Shown piece after piece: positions 1-9,045 of a stretch of 64,000 nucleotides of DNA (position 1 is its first letter; every line of letters starts with the position of its first letter). A model generated the notes under the pieces. It was not told the origin of the DNA, did no database searches, and worked only from the letters and a program-made list of their open reading frames with translations. A program made the translations under genes and the position numbers. The DNA is from an uncultured Candidatus Saccharibacteria bacterium (GTDB taxonomy: Bacteria > Patescibacteriota > Minisyncoccia > Phycocordibacterales > UBA1006): the NCBI GenBank assembly GCA_964464735.1, contig CAYXKF010000004.1:3929-67928 (forward strand). The letters run 5' to 3'.

Positions 1-34
1 CAGTTTTGGCATTGCCGTGTTTCGTTTTGCATGA

Positions 35-1813
35 CTAATGAAGTTCTTGCTGATAACAGTGATCGCAATAAATAACCCCGTCATTTGAATCATATACTGT
101 CTTAAACATATTAGGGCATGCATCGGTGCCATGGTTATGCATTCCAGTATTGGCATGAACACCTGCTTCGTCCTTTACCCCTTTACAGTGACATTGTTCG
201 TCCTTTAAGCGAAAACCTTTCATTACTGCCAGTCGTTCATACGTACGGCAGTTTGGACAGGTATCAGGCAGCGGTATCCCTAATTTTGAATACAACTGAA
301 GTTCTTGCTCAATAAGCCGAAATGCCGTCGTACATTTGCCATGGGTGGCATCCCCTTTATTCTTGCATTCTAAAACTTTGCCTACCAAAAAATCATTTTC
401 TGTAATTACATCAGGAATATCTTCATACTTATAGTCGGGAGAATACGCCCGCTCTTCTTGCTCTTTCCACTTCAAGCCACCAGCCAGCACAGCATCTTTC
501 GTAAGCGGAATCCAATCAGCAGCCATCGTCTCATTGTATGCATATGGACTAAGAGTCATAGGGAAAAACTCGCCCCATTCGCCGGTCGCAAGCATATGAT
601 CTTTTATCTTTTGATAAAGTGTTTGGTATTCTTCTTTCGAATAGCGCTTATTCAAAATACTAAATTCCCCTTTCTTTAAACCAATGCATCCAAGCAACTC
701 GTTCCCCGAATGGCAGTAATCCGAATAGTGGACATTCTTTCCTTTTAGGCAAAATACAACAACCATACTTCCATATGATTCGTCGGCAGTTGCGGTTTCA
801 TACGCCAGCTCCGCACGTCCGGTTACCGAGGCATCGTAACAATTTTTACCGCTATCGCCCATAAATAGATATTTACCATCCTCGAAGTCGCGATGGAAAA
901 AGGTTTCTTTGGCATTTTTACAGTTGACTAACACGTCGCCAGTACAATTGACACACTGGATCATATTTGCATACGGGCGCGGATGCACGCGGATCATTTC
1001 GGCAAGCTCAGTATGATATCCATTGATTGCCGCGCGTGAATTAAGCATCATTTCTTTTTTCTTTTGTTCGTATTCTTCTTTCGAATATCCTACGTTTCGA
1101 ATGTGATATTTTTTGTTGCGAAGGCCGACACACAAAATACAATCGGAACAGCCTTTCAGGTCGTGTGACAAATAGCAGTCGGTACAGCTGAAAGAATAGC
1201 GGCAATAAGCGCACCGGGCACATTTTTCTAGCCGGATACCCTGGCAACACATTTCGCTATGATACGTATACAACCCATCAATACTGTCTTTCACCCAACC
1301 CGTCATATACGAATACGCGACATTTTCAAGCTCCCATGCACAGACCGAAAGGTAGCAATTTTTAGAATAAAAATGGTCATAGGTGTATTCGCAGTTCGTA
1401 CTCCCAACGCCATCATCGTTGACCATGGCAATGCGCGGCACTACTGAATAAAGTTCTTTAAATTGCTCGAAGAAGGGTCGGGTAAAATCAAAGTCCCGAG
1501 CATAATTGTGGCCGCTCCAATCATCACTCCACCAGCAGTGATGGCAATATACCGGAAATGGCGAATTAGCCGGATATGTCGCAATAATATTTTTTGAGCA
1601 CCTATCGCACGTGCGCCGATAATACGAGCGCTCGTTACGATGGACAAGCCGCCGCTGCAGCCGGCATGCCGGACATAATTTTGGCGCAGGTACACCGATT
1701 TTTTCATAAAATCCAAAATCGTCGGGCTCGATGATAAATTGTCCCTTACAATTTGCACAGCTGCGTGTTTCACTTTGCATGCCCATAGTATATATCAAAT
1801 TTATATTGCGCAA
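35..1813 (-). CDS. Cys-rich zinc-ribbon protein, paralog 8 of the family arrayed at 33233-45247; the true start is probably the internal Met at ~1780 (MQSETRSCANCK...)
   Basis: 592-aa ORF. The N-terminus ETRSCANCKGQFIIEPDDFGFYEKIGVPAPKLCPACRLQRR and the C-terminus YCDHCYQQELH match the consensus of the tandem paralogs. The internal FGC..L..K.Y.I.NK.YSKEEY module is present, and Cys content is ~9%. Confidence 0.8.
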   Translation of the reverse strand: MRNINLIYTMGMQSETRSCANCKGQFIIEPDDFGFYEKIGVPAPKLCPACRLQRRLVHRNERSYYRRTCDRCSKNIIATYPANSPFPVYCHHCWWSDDWSGHNYARDFDFTRPFFEQFKELYSVVPRIAMVNDDGVGSTNCEYTYDHFYSKNCYLSVCAWELENVAYSYMTGWVKDSIDGLYTYHSEMCCQGIRLEKCARCAYCRYSFSCTDCYLSHDLKGCSDCILCVGLRNKKYHIRNVGYSKEEYEQKKKEMMLNSRAAINGYHTELAEMIRVHPRPYANMIQCVNCTGDVLVNCKNAKETFFHRDFEDGKYLFMGDSGKNCYDASVTGRAELAYETATADESYGSMVVVFCLKGKNVHYSDYCHSGNELLGCIGLKKGEFSILNKRYSKEEYQTLYQKIKDHMLATGEWGEFFPMTLSPYAYNETMAADWIPLTKDAVLAGGLKWKEQEERAYSPDYKYEDIPDVITENDFLVGKVLECKNKGDATHGKCTTAFRLIEQELQLYSKLGIPLPDTCPNCRTYERLAVMKGFRLKDEQCHCKGVKDEAGVHANTGMHNHGTDACPNMFKTVYDSNDGVIYCDHCYQQELH

Positions 1814-1840
1814 AACAAAAACCGCCCGATTAGGCGATTT
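1811..1840 (-). terminator. Possible weak intrinsic terminator overlapping the rplU stop (CGCC/GGCG stem followed by a U-run on the minus-strand transcript)
   Basis: The minus-strand RNA reads AUCGCCUAAUCGGGCGGUUUUUGUUUU. The stem is short. Confidence 0.3.
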
Positions 1841-2171
1841 TTGTGATCTTTACTTTTGTAAATGGTTGGCGGTGTCCGTAGCGGCGGTGATAGTTAGACT
1901 TTGCGCGAAATCGCTGGACCAAAATCTTCTTTCCTCGGCCTTCTTCCATAACCATGCCTGACACAGTGCTCGTTAGGTATGGAGACCCGACAGTGCTGGT
2001 TCCTGCTGCAGTGTTGGCAGTAAGGATAACCTTATCAAATACGACAGTCCTGTCATCCTTGATAGATTTTGCTGGAAGCTTCTCGATAGTGATGGTTGCC
2101 CCTTCTGATACCAAGTATTGCTTTCCGCCGGTCTCGATAACCGCGATTTGTGATGCTGTTTTCTTTGCCAT
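1830..2171 (-). CDS. rplU: 50S ribosomal protein L21
   Basis: MAKKTASQIAVIETGGKQYLVSEG...YGHRQPFTKVKITKI matches the L21 N- and C-terminal signatures. The ORF-track N-extension is probably not translated. Confidence 0.85.
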   Translation of the reverse strand: MAKKTASQIAVIETGGKQYLVSEGATITIEKLPAKSIKDDRTVVFDKVILTANTAAGTSTVGSPYLTSTVSGMVMEEGRGKKILVQRFRAKSNYHRRYGHRQPFTKVKITKIA

Positions 2172-2281
2172 ATGGCGGCTACTGTAGCACGTCTTGGCAA
2201 AAAGCGCAAGACACGACGTTTTACCCATACCTATAGGCAAATCGCTTTAAAAGCCATGCCTGATATGGTAAAATTGCGGCC

Positions 2282-3196
2282 ATGGTAGAAAAACATACTT
2301 TTGGCCCTGTTACTTGGATCGACATCGATTCGCCGACCTCAAGCGATATTGAAAACGCAACAAAAGATAATTTAGTGATGAGCGAAGCTTTGGTGAACGA
2401 ACTGTTGTTTCCAAGCCCGCGCGGACGCCTTTTTAAGGACGGCGAAGCATTATGCATTACGCTGCACTTTCCTATTGTCTCGTACCACCACAGCAATACG
2501 CACGTCGAGGAAATTGATTTTGTCATCACTCACGACCATCTAATCACGACCCGTTTTTGCGATGTCATGCCTCTGCACGAAGTGCGCCGTAAGTTAACAG
2601 TTGCCCAAGAACTTAACCGTTTGCCGTTTCATAGCGGTTTTGACTTATTTGCAATCGTGATCAGCGAGCTGTATAGCGCCATGGACCCAGAACTGTTAAA
2701 AGTTGACCGCTATATTGTTGATGCCGAAAAAAATATTTACGAGGGAAACCAAAAACTAGCCGTCGAACAAATTTCGCGCACGACCAAACGCATTATGAAC
2801 TTCCGTCGTGCACTGCAATACCACCCCGAAGTATTTATTGCGTACCGACAACTGATTGCAAGCGGGCATGCACCTACGTCGACCCAAATTATCGACCAGT
2901 TGATTCATGAATCAACACGACTGGTTTCGATGGTTGATGAACAAAAAGCAACAATCGAAGAATTTGCCGAAACAAATAAGACTCTTTTGTCGACCCACAA
3001 CGAAAACGTTATGAAAGTCTTTACCATTCTTGCATTCATTACCTTCCCCTTGACCTTGCTGGTAAGCATCTTGGCGCTCAATGAAAAAGTGCATGCGTTT
3101 GCCAATACCATCGAAGGTACTATGACTCTTATTGGTATCTCAATTATTGTTGCCGTCGCTATGATGATTTACTTTAAGCATAAAAAATGGATCTAA
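2282..3196 (+). CDS. CorA-family divalent cation (Mg2+/Co2+) transporter-like protein with an atypical A-L-N in place of the G-M-N motif
   Basis: 304 aa with a cytoplasmic N-domain and two C-terminal TM helices (FTILAFITFPLTLLVSILALNEKV...IIVAVAMMIYFKHKKWI). The CorA-like end is YFKxKxWI. Confidence 0.6.
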   Translation: MVEKHTFGPVTWIDIDSPTSSDIENATKDNLVMSEALVNELLFPSPRGRLFKDGEALCITLHFPIVSYHHSNTHVEEIDFVITHDHLITTRFCDVMPLHEVRRKLTVAQELNRLPFHSGFDLFAIVISELYSAMDPELLKVDRYIVDAEKNIYEGNQKLAVEQISRTTKRIMNFRRALQYHPEVFIAYRQLIASGHAPTSTQIIDQLIHESTRLVSMVDEQKATIEEFAETNKTLLSTHNENVMKVFTILAFITFPLTLLVSILALNEKVHAFANTIEGTMTLIGISIIVAVAMMIYFKHKKWI

Positions 3197-3197
3197 C

Positions 3198-4616
3198 ATG
3201 AAACCGATTCGCCTAACTAATACGCTCAGCAAACAAAAAGAAGTATTTACACCGATCACCGGCGGCAAAGTTGGCATGTACCATTGCGGGCCGACGGTAT
3301 ACTGGACACAACATATTGGCAACATGCGTGCGGTAACCATTTCTGATATTGTGCGCCGAGTATTCAAATACAACGGGTATGATGTCACCTTAGTACGAAA
3401 TTATACTGATGTTGGCCACTTAACCGGCGACAATATTGGCGATGCCGATACGGGCGAAGACCGTATGACCAAGGCAGTGCGACGCGAGAACCTGACGCCC
3501 GACGAAATCGCAAACAAATATATTGCGGTTTACAACAACGACATCGCAAGTCTAAATGTTATTCCTCCAAGCCACGATCCGCGTGCAACCGATTACATTC
3601 AACAAATGATAGAACTGGTCAGCGAGCTTTTGAAAACAGGCCATGCCTATACAACCGATTACGCGGTATACTTTGATGTTTCAACTTTCCCCGACTACAC
3701 CAAACTGTCTGGGCAAGAATTAAGCAAACTTGAGGCTGGCGAAGGGCATGGAACAGTTACCGACAACAACAAAAAGAATCCAAACGACTTTGCATTATGG
3801 TTTTTTAAAGCCGGATCACACGCAAATGCTTTGCAAACATGGCAGTCCCCTTTTAGCTCGCCACTGGTTCAAAACGGCGAAGGGTTTCCTGGTTGGCACA
3901 TTGAATGTTCGGCAATGAGCAAAGCATTTTTAGGAAACACCTTTGACATTCACATGGGCGGAATCGAACATATTCCGATTCATCACACTAACGAAATTGC
4001 CCAAAGCGAATGTGCAAACCATGCACACTTTGTAAACTATTGGCTGCATAACGAACACTTACTTGTCGACAATAAAAAAATGGCAAAGTCCGAAGGTACT
4101 TCGTATACCATTGCCGACATTACTGGAAAAGGATTTAGCCCAATGGCACTTCGATACTTTTTTTTGCAATCACACTATCGGTCAAAGCAAAACTTTACCT
4201 GGGAAGCACTTGAAGCGTCGCAAACTGCATATAAAAAACTTAAAGCCACTGTGGTCGCTTTGCCGCACAATGGAGCAATCAACGACACCTACAAAGATCG
4301 CTTTTTAGAAGCAATAAACGATGACATCAATATTTCTGCTGGCCTGGCAGTTGTTTGGGAATTATTAAAAGACACCAGTGTTTCGGATGCCGACAAAAAA
4401 GCAACTATTTTGGATATTGATACGGTGCTTGGATTAAACTTAGACGAAGTTGAAACAATTGAAATTCCCGCCGAAGTTCAAAAACTATTAGACGAACGCA
4501 AAGTTGCCCGCGAACAAAAAGATTTCAAAAAATCAGACGAACTACGCGATCAAATCAAAGCGCTTGGATTCGAAGTAAAAGATTCAGCAGACGGCCAAAG
4601 TATTTCAAAACTGTAA
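3198..4616 (+). CDS. cysS: Cysteinyl-tRNA synthetase
   Basis: Class I HIGH (HCGPTVYWTQHIGN) and KMSKS (KMAKSEG) motifs; 472 aa; CysRS-like zinc ligands. Confidence 0.9.
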   Translation: MKPIRLTNTLSKQKEVFTPITGGKVGMYHCGPTVYWTQHIGNMRAVTISDIVRRVFKYNGYDVTLVRNYTDVGHLTGDNIGDADTGEDRMTKAVRRENLTPDEIANKYIAVYNNDIASLNVIPPSHDPRATDYIQQMIELVSELLKTGHAYTTDYAVYFDVSTFPDYTKLSGQELSKLEAGEGHGTVTDNNKKNPNDFALWFFKAGSHANALQTWQSPFSSPLVQNGEGFPGWHIECSAMSKAFLGNTFDIHMGGIEHIPIHHTNEIAQSECANHAHFVNYWLHNEHLLVDNKKMAKSEGTSYTIADITGKGFSPMALRYFFLQSHYRSKQNFTWEALEASQTAYKKLKATVVALPHNGAINDTYKDRFLEAINDDINISAGLAVVWELLKDTSVSDADKKATILDIDTVLGLNLDEVETIEIPAEVQKLLDERKVAREQKDFKKSDELRDQIKALGFEVKDSADGQSISKL

Positions 4617-5165
4617 TTATTTTTCAGTACTTATTTCAAACGACACCGGACAGCCAATTATCGAGGCAAGCTTTTCAACCGGAATAACGCCGGTTAGTTC
4701 GCTGCCATCAGGAAAGCGCCACGTCGGATACGCCATAACTTTTTGGGCTTTGCATTCTTCGGTCTGACCATTACCATCAGGAGCCGAGCATTCAACATAC
4801 GGAAGGTCGGTATAAGTTGTTTTAAACAATGCTTTTTGCTGCGCACAATGCGGGCACCAAGAAGCGCCGTAAAACAACACACCGTTTTGTTTTAGACACT
4901 GGGCAGTATTCATAACAACCCGTGGTTGCACTGGTACTGCTTCTGTTTTTTCAGTTACGGTAATTTGTTCGGGAGCTATTGGCAAAACAGCATCATCTGA
5001 ACTTAGCACAATCCGCGAATCAAGCGCAGGTGGAATTTCCCAGACCTTATCTTGAACCTTAGGCTTGAACCACGTAAAAGGATTCCACCACACAGCCAAT
5101 GCGACTGATGGTACGGTGGCAATAATCACAACTGCGGCTAATAAAAACGAGAAATGCTTTTTCAT
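4617..5165 (-). CDS. Membrane-anchored thioredoxin-fold thiol-disulfide oxidoreductase (WCPHC active site)
   Basis: Signal anchor MKKHFSFLLAAVVIIATVPSVALA, then a Trx-like domain with YGASWCPHCAQQK. Confidence 0.7.
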   Translation of the reverse strand: MKKHFSFLLAAVVIIATVPSVALAVWWNPFTWFKPKVQDKVWEIPPALDSRIVLSSDDAVLPIAPEQITVTEKTEAVPVQPRVVMNTAQCLKQNGVLFYGASWCPHCAQQKALFKTTYTDLPYVECSAPDGNGQTEECKAQKVMAYPTWRFPDGSELTGVIPVEKLASIIGCPVSFEISTEK

Positions 5166-5197
5166 ATAGATAAACAGTAACGCATTTGTACAAAAAA

Positions 5198-6373
5198 TCA
5201 ATGATGATGGCCCGCGTGCTCGATAAGCCTAGTCTCGCTTTCGATCTGTTCGCTGCTTCCCACTTCGGATTTTTTAATAAGCATCCATGATGCAATAAAG
5301 GTCGTTATTGGTACTGCCAAAATAAGCCCGATTGATCCGACCAAAATACGCACAATTTCGGTTGCAAACATTTCTTGGTTGATAATTGGTACCGAATTGC
5401 CCATCGCACCAGTGTGTGAAGAACTATAAAACTGAAGCAGTAATAAAAGTGGCAGTGACGCACCGACGTACGCGATCGCCAAAGTATCAACCAATGCGCC
5501 AATATGCTCGCGACCCATACGGATTGCGCGCTTATAAATTGAAGTGCGCGGAATATGCGGCGCGATCTTGTGAAGTTCCTCGACTGAAATTGCCTGACTA
5601 ATTGCAATATCGTATAGCACACCCAAAAGTCCGATCATGATTCCGCCAAACAATAATCCGGCAAAATCAATCTTATTGGGAATTGCCGCGCTTAGATAAA
5701 TGGCTTCTTCGTCACCTAATCCGGTTAAGTGCCCAAAGTGCATCGCACCGTACGCAAGCAACCCGGCAAAAACAACTGTCCCCAACATGCCCAAAACCGC
5801 TGCGCTGGTTGTCTTGTTAAATCCATGCGTAATGTATGATCCTACGACAATAATGACGGATGCCACAACAATACTTACCAGCACCGGCGAATAGCCGTGC
5901 AATATTGCCGGCATCAAAACGTATAAAATCAATACGATGCTTCCAGCCAAACTAACCAGTCCGCGAATACCCTGCATGCCGCCAAAAATAACAACCGCAA
6001 GCAAGAACAGTGCCAACAAAACATACAAGGCGCCCATACGATTGTAATCATGGACGGTATAGGTGTTTTGGTATGGCTCTTCAAAGTTTTGAGTATGGAT
6101 AAGATAAAACACGTCGCCCGTTTTAAGCGGCATGTAATCATTATGTACGGTTATTTCTTTTCCTTTTTCTTCCTTGTTAATGATCTTTGCGCTGACGGTT
6201 TGATCAACTAGTTCGACGCCCAAGATATCGTCGTTTGCTATCGGATTATCAACAACCGATATCACTTTTGCACGAAGGGTAGTATTAACTACAGTACCTG
6301 CATACGCCGTTTGATACGAAGAAAAAAAGCCCAACCCAACAACCAGCAATGCTATGGCGCACAGATATTTCAT
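5198..6373 (-). CDS. YibE/F-like polytopic membrane protein
   Basis: N-terminal signal plus an extracytoplasmic domain, followed by multiple Gly/Leu-rich TM helices (LVSLAGSIVLILYVLMP..., LFGGIMIGLLGVLYDIAIS). Confidence 0.45.
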   Translation of the reverse strand: MKYLCAIALLVVGLGFFSSYQTAYAGTVVNTTLRAKVISVVDNPIANDDILGVELVDQTVSAKIINKEEKGKEITVHNDYMPLKTGDVFYLIHTQNFEEPYQNTYTVHDYNRMGALYVLLALFLLAVVIFGGMQGIRGLVSLAGSIVLILYVLMPAILHGYSPVLVSIVVASVIIVVGSYITHGFNKTTSAAVLGMLGTVVFAGLLAYGAMHFGHLTGLGDEEAIYLSAAIPNKIDFAGLLFGGIMIGLLGVLYDIAISQAISVEELHKIAPHIPRTSIYKRAIRMGREHIGALVDTLAIAYVGASLPLLLLLQFYSSSHTGAMGNSVPIINQEMFATEIVRILVGSIGLILAVPITTFIASWMLIKKSEVGSSEQIESETRLIEHAGHHH

Positions 6374-6391
6374 ACAGTCAGTGTATGAAAA

Positions 6392-7141
6392 TTATTCAAC
6401 CAATACAAGTGCCGCCATTGCCGCAACACCAACACATACCGCAATAAACTGAAGAATAGTTTGTTTTGTTCCTTTGGCTTGATGCAATTCGGGAATCAAG
6501 TCAGCCGCGGCAATATAAATAAATCCTCCGGCGGCGATTGGCAAAAACCACAAGCTTGCACTTTGTGCAGCGCTTCCCAAAATAAAAGCGACAACGACAC
6601 CCAATACTGCGCTTAGGGCAGAGACAAAGTTAAGCAATAGCGCTTTACCGCGCGCATAGCCTGCATGAATCAAAACGCCAAAATCCCCGATTTCTTGCGG
6701 AATCTCGTGCAAGATAATGGCAATTGTTGTCGCAATACCAAGCTCGACGCTGACCATATAGCTTGAGGCCAACACAAGCCCATCGATAAAATTATGCAAG
6801 CCATCGGATACCAAAACCATCTTTCCGCTGTGGTGCACATGTGCGTGGCCGTCGTCGGCACCGTGATGGTGCCAATGAAAGAATTTTTCAAGCAAAAAAA
6901 ACAACAGCATGCCGCCGATAATCAAAAGCGAAATGACAAAACCATTTGACGCTTGCTCGAACGCTTCGGGAATCAAATGAATGAACGCGTCGCCCAAAAG
7001 CGCACCAACGGCAAGACTTACCATAAAGAACACATATTTTTTAATGCGATCTTCTTTAAGCGACAAGGTTGCAATGCCGATAAACGAAACAAGGCTTATG
7101 ATAATGACACTGGCGAACGCATAGATGTAAGTTATAGCCAT
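6392..7141 (-). CDS. zupT: ZIP-family zinc transporter (ZupT-like)
   Basis: His-rich loop HHHGADDGHAHVHHSGK and the ZIP signature HEIPQEIGDFGVL. It is divergent from a Fur-family regulator. Confidence 0.8.
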   Translation of the reverse strand: MAITYIYAFASVIIISLVSFIGIATLSLKEDRIKKYVFFMVSLAVGALLGDAFIHLIPEAFEQASNGFVISLLIIGGMLLFFLLEKFFHWHHHGADDGHAHVHHSGKMVLVSDGLHNFIDGLVLASSYMVSVELGIATTIAIILHEIPQEIGDFGVLIHAGYARGKALLLNFVSALSAVLGVVVAFILGSAAQSASLWFLPIAAGGFIYIAAADLIPELHQAKGTKQTILQFIAVCVGVAAMAALVLVE

Positions 7142-7171
7142 ACCCTTACAGTATACACAGTATTTTAATAG

Positions 7172-7188
7172 ATGCAAATCATTTGCAT
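7172..7188. promoter_or_regulatory. Perfect 17-bp palindrome ATGCAAATCATTTGCAT in the zupT/zur divergent intergenic region; candidate Zur/Fur-family operator
   Basis: The inverted repeat (8-1-8) is read directly. It lies between divergently transcribed zupT and a Fur-family gene. Confidence 0.55.
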
Positions 7189-7223
7189 TTACAATGTATC
7201 CAGTATTTGCTACACTTATACAT

Positions 7224-7625
7224 ATGGAAGACATCAAAGCATTACTAAAAGAAGCAAAACTAAAAGTTACTCCTGCGCGCTTAGCCATACTAGAGGCACT
7301 TCACGCATCAAAAAAACCGCTTTCGGTACAAGATCTTATGAAGTCGCTGAAAGGTATTGATTCGGTTACCCTGTATCGCACGCTTGAATCATTTGCCGAC
7401 AAAAATATCATTGCGCGCATTTTGATTTCGCAAGACCGCGCGCATTACGAATTTGTGCATCATCACCATCATCACATCGTATGTACCAAGTGCGGCTTGG
7501 TCGACGATATTCCCCACTGCGTCATGGATATGATTGAAAAGGATGCGCTTAAGCATGCAAAAAACTTTAAAGCGATTTCGTCGCATAGCCTTGAGTATTT
7601 TGGAGTCTGCAAAAAATGCGCGTAG
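7224..7625 (+). CDS. zur: Fur-family metalloregulator, probably Zur (zinc uptake regulator)
   Basis: Winged-helix N-domain; HHHHHH plus CTKCG...HC...CKKC metal sites; divergent from the ZIP transporter. Confidence 0.75.
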   Translation: MEDIKALLKEAKLKVTPARLAILEALHASKKPLSVQDLMKSLKGIDSVTLYRTLESFADKNIIARILISQDRAHYEFVHHHHHHIVCTKCGLVDDIPHCVMDMIEKDALKHAKNFKAISSHSLEYFGVCKKCA

Positions 7626-7672
7626 CACTTGTTAATTATCTAAAAACTTTTTAAATAAAAGAACTTTAGAGA

Positions 7673-7700
7673 TTGACATTTTATAGGTATATGCTATAAT
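7673..7700 (+). promoter_or_regulatory. Near-consensus sigma70-type promoter (TTGACA-16-TATAAT) upstream of the lipoprotein gene
   Basis: TTGACA at 7673-7678 and TATAAT at 7695-7700. Confidence 0.6.
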
Positions 7701-7711
7701 ACAATAAAATA

Positions 7712-7763
7712 AGTTAGCGAAACCCATGGTTTACATTTATTGGAGATCATAGGTTTCGCTAAC
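7712..7763 (+). ncRNA. Leader stem-loop: perfect 13-bp inverted repeat (AGTTAGCGAAACC ... GGTTTCGCTAACT) with a 27-nt loop in the 5' leader of the lipoprotein gene; candidate cis-regulatory RNA or operator
   Basis: The inverted repeat is read directly, between the promoter and the ATG at 7777. Confidence 0.4.
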
Positions 7764-7776
7764 TAAAACAACTCAA

Positions 7777-8049
7777 ATGAAAAAGCTTACTCCGTTAATT
7801 AGCATTTTCTTCCTACTTCTTTTTATGTCTTCTTGTACTGAACAAAGAAGAGCAAGAAAATGGGGAGGCACAACGCAGATTAATTTACCTAAGGGTAAAA
7901 AATTAATCAATATAACATGGAAAGATAGTAACATATGGTATTTAACCAGAGACATGACACTCGCTGATTCGGCTCAAACATACGAATTTTCCGAATCCAG
8001 CAGCTGGGGCATGATGAATGGGACAATAACCATCACTGAACAAAAATAA
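7777..8049 (+). CDS. Small lipoprotein (lipobox LFMSSC), unknown function
   Basis: MKKLTPLISIFFLLLFMSSC signal plus lipobox; 90 aa; AT-rich. Confidence 0.6.
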   Translation: MKKLTPLISIFFLLLFMSSCTEQRRARKWGGTTQINLPKGKKLINITWKDSNIWYLTRDMTLADSAQTYEFSESSSWGMMNGTITITEQK

Positions 8050-8069
8050 CTTTCCCGTTTCAATTAATA

Positions 8070-8100
8070 AAAAAGTTCTCCGCTAAGGAGAACTTTTTTA
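8070..8100. terminator. Bidirectional intrinsic terminator between the lipoprotein gene and dnaJ
   Basis: AAAAAGTTCTCC-GCTAA-GGAGAACTTTTTT hairpin with flanking A/T runs. Confidence 0.8.
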
Positions 8101-8101
8101 T

Positions 8102-8992
8102 TTAATATCCTTCGTTTTTCAACTCTTCGATAGCCTCTTTGGCCCTTTTAGAAAGTTTTTGTGGCATATCGATGGCAATGTATACCAAAAGATCCCCTGT
8201 TCCCCAGTTGCCGCCCGGAACACCTTTTCCTTTTACACGAACCACTTGCCCATGGCTTATGCCGGCAGGAATACTAATTTCAAATTGCTTTCCATCAGGA
8301 GTCGTGAGCATGCGCTTTGCACCAAGCAATGCTTCTGAAAGCTTAAGTGAAATATCAGTTGCCAAATGCTTGCCCTCAAGGCGAAATGTTTTGTCTTCGG
8401 CAACATCAACAACAATAAACAAGTCACCCGACTTGCCGCCTTCGACTTTTTCGCCAAAGCCAGTTACCTTAAGACGCGCCCCGCGTTGCGATCCGGGTGG
8501 AATATCGATCGTCACTTGTTCTTCTTTTTCGCCTTGCGGGATTGTGATCTTCTTTTTTGCTCCATACACCGCTTCGGCAAACGAAAGCTGAATTACTGTC
8601 TCGTAATTTCGTCCTCGACGAACACGGCGTCCGCCATGACCGCCAAATCCAAAACCAAACTGCGAAAAGATATCTTCCATGTCGCCAAAATCAAATTCCA
8701 CACCGCCTTGGCCGTTAAATCCGCCGAATCCCGAAAAGTCGAAACCTTGCCCGTTAAAGCCGCCCGTACCACCGAAGCCTTGCGGACCATCCGAACCAAA
8801 CCGATCATACTGCGCTCGTTTTTGCTTATCGGATAGCGTCTGATATGCTTCGTTTACTTCTTTAAACTTAGCTTCGTCGCCGGTTTTTTTATCCGGATGG
8901 TATTCTTGAGCTTTTTTATAAAACGCTTTCTTAAGCTCGCTCTCGTTAGCGTTTTTATCAACTCCTAAAATTTTGTAATAATCTTTTGACAT
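8102..8992 (-). CDS. dnaJ: DnaJ-family co-chaperone (J-domain plus G/F-rich region plus C-terminal substrate domain; no CxxCxGxG zinc finger, i.e. class II/CbpA-like)
   Basis: DYYKILGV...HPDK J-domain, [17 protein letters not shown] region, 296 aa. Confidence 0.85.
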   Translation of the reverse strand: MSKDYYKILGVDKNANESELKKAFYKKAQEYHPDKKTGDEAKFKEVNEAYQTLSDKQKRAQYDRFGSDGPQGFGGTGGFNGQGFDFSGFGGFNGQGGVEFDFGDMEDIFSQFGFGFGGHGGRRVRRGRNYETVIQLSFAEAVYGAKKKITIPQGEKEEQVTIDIPPGSQRGARLKVTGFGEKVEGGKSGDLFIVVDVAEDKTFRLEGKHLATDISLKLSEALLGAKRMLTTPDGKQFEISIPAGISHGQVVRVKGKGVPGGNWGTGDLLVYIAIDMPQKLSKRAKEAIEELKNEGY

Positions 8993-9045
8993 GTAATTAA
9001 ATTAAAGTGAATCCGAGATTAAATCTTCAGAAATATTATCCGTCG

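Noticed and set aside
8139-8836. Plus-strand ORFs inside dnaJ (8139-8591, 8366-8836)
   Set aside because: They lie antisense to a clearly identified J-domain protein gene.
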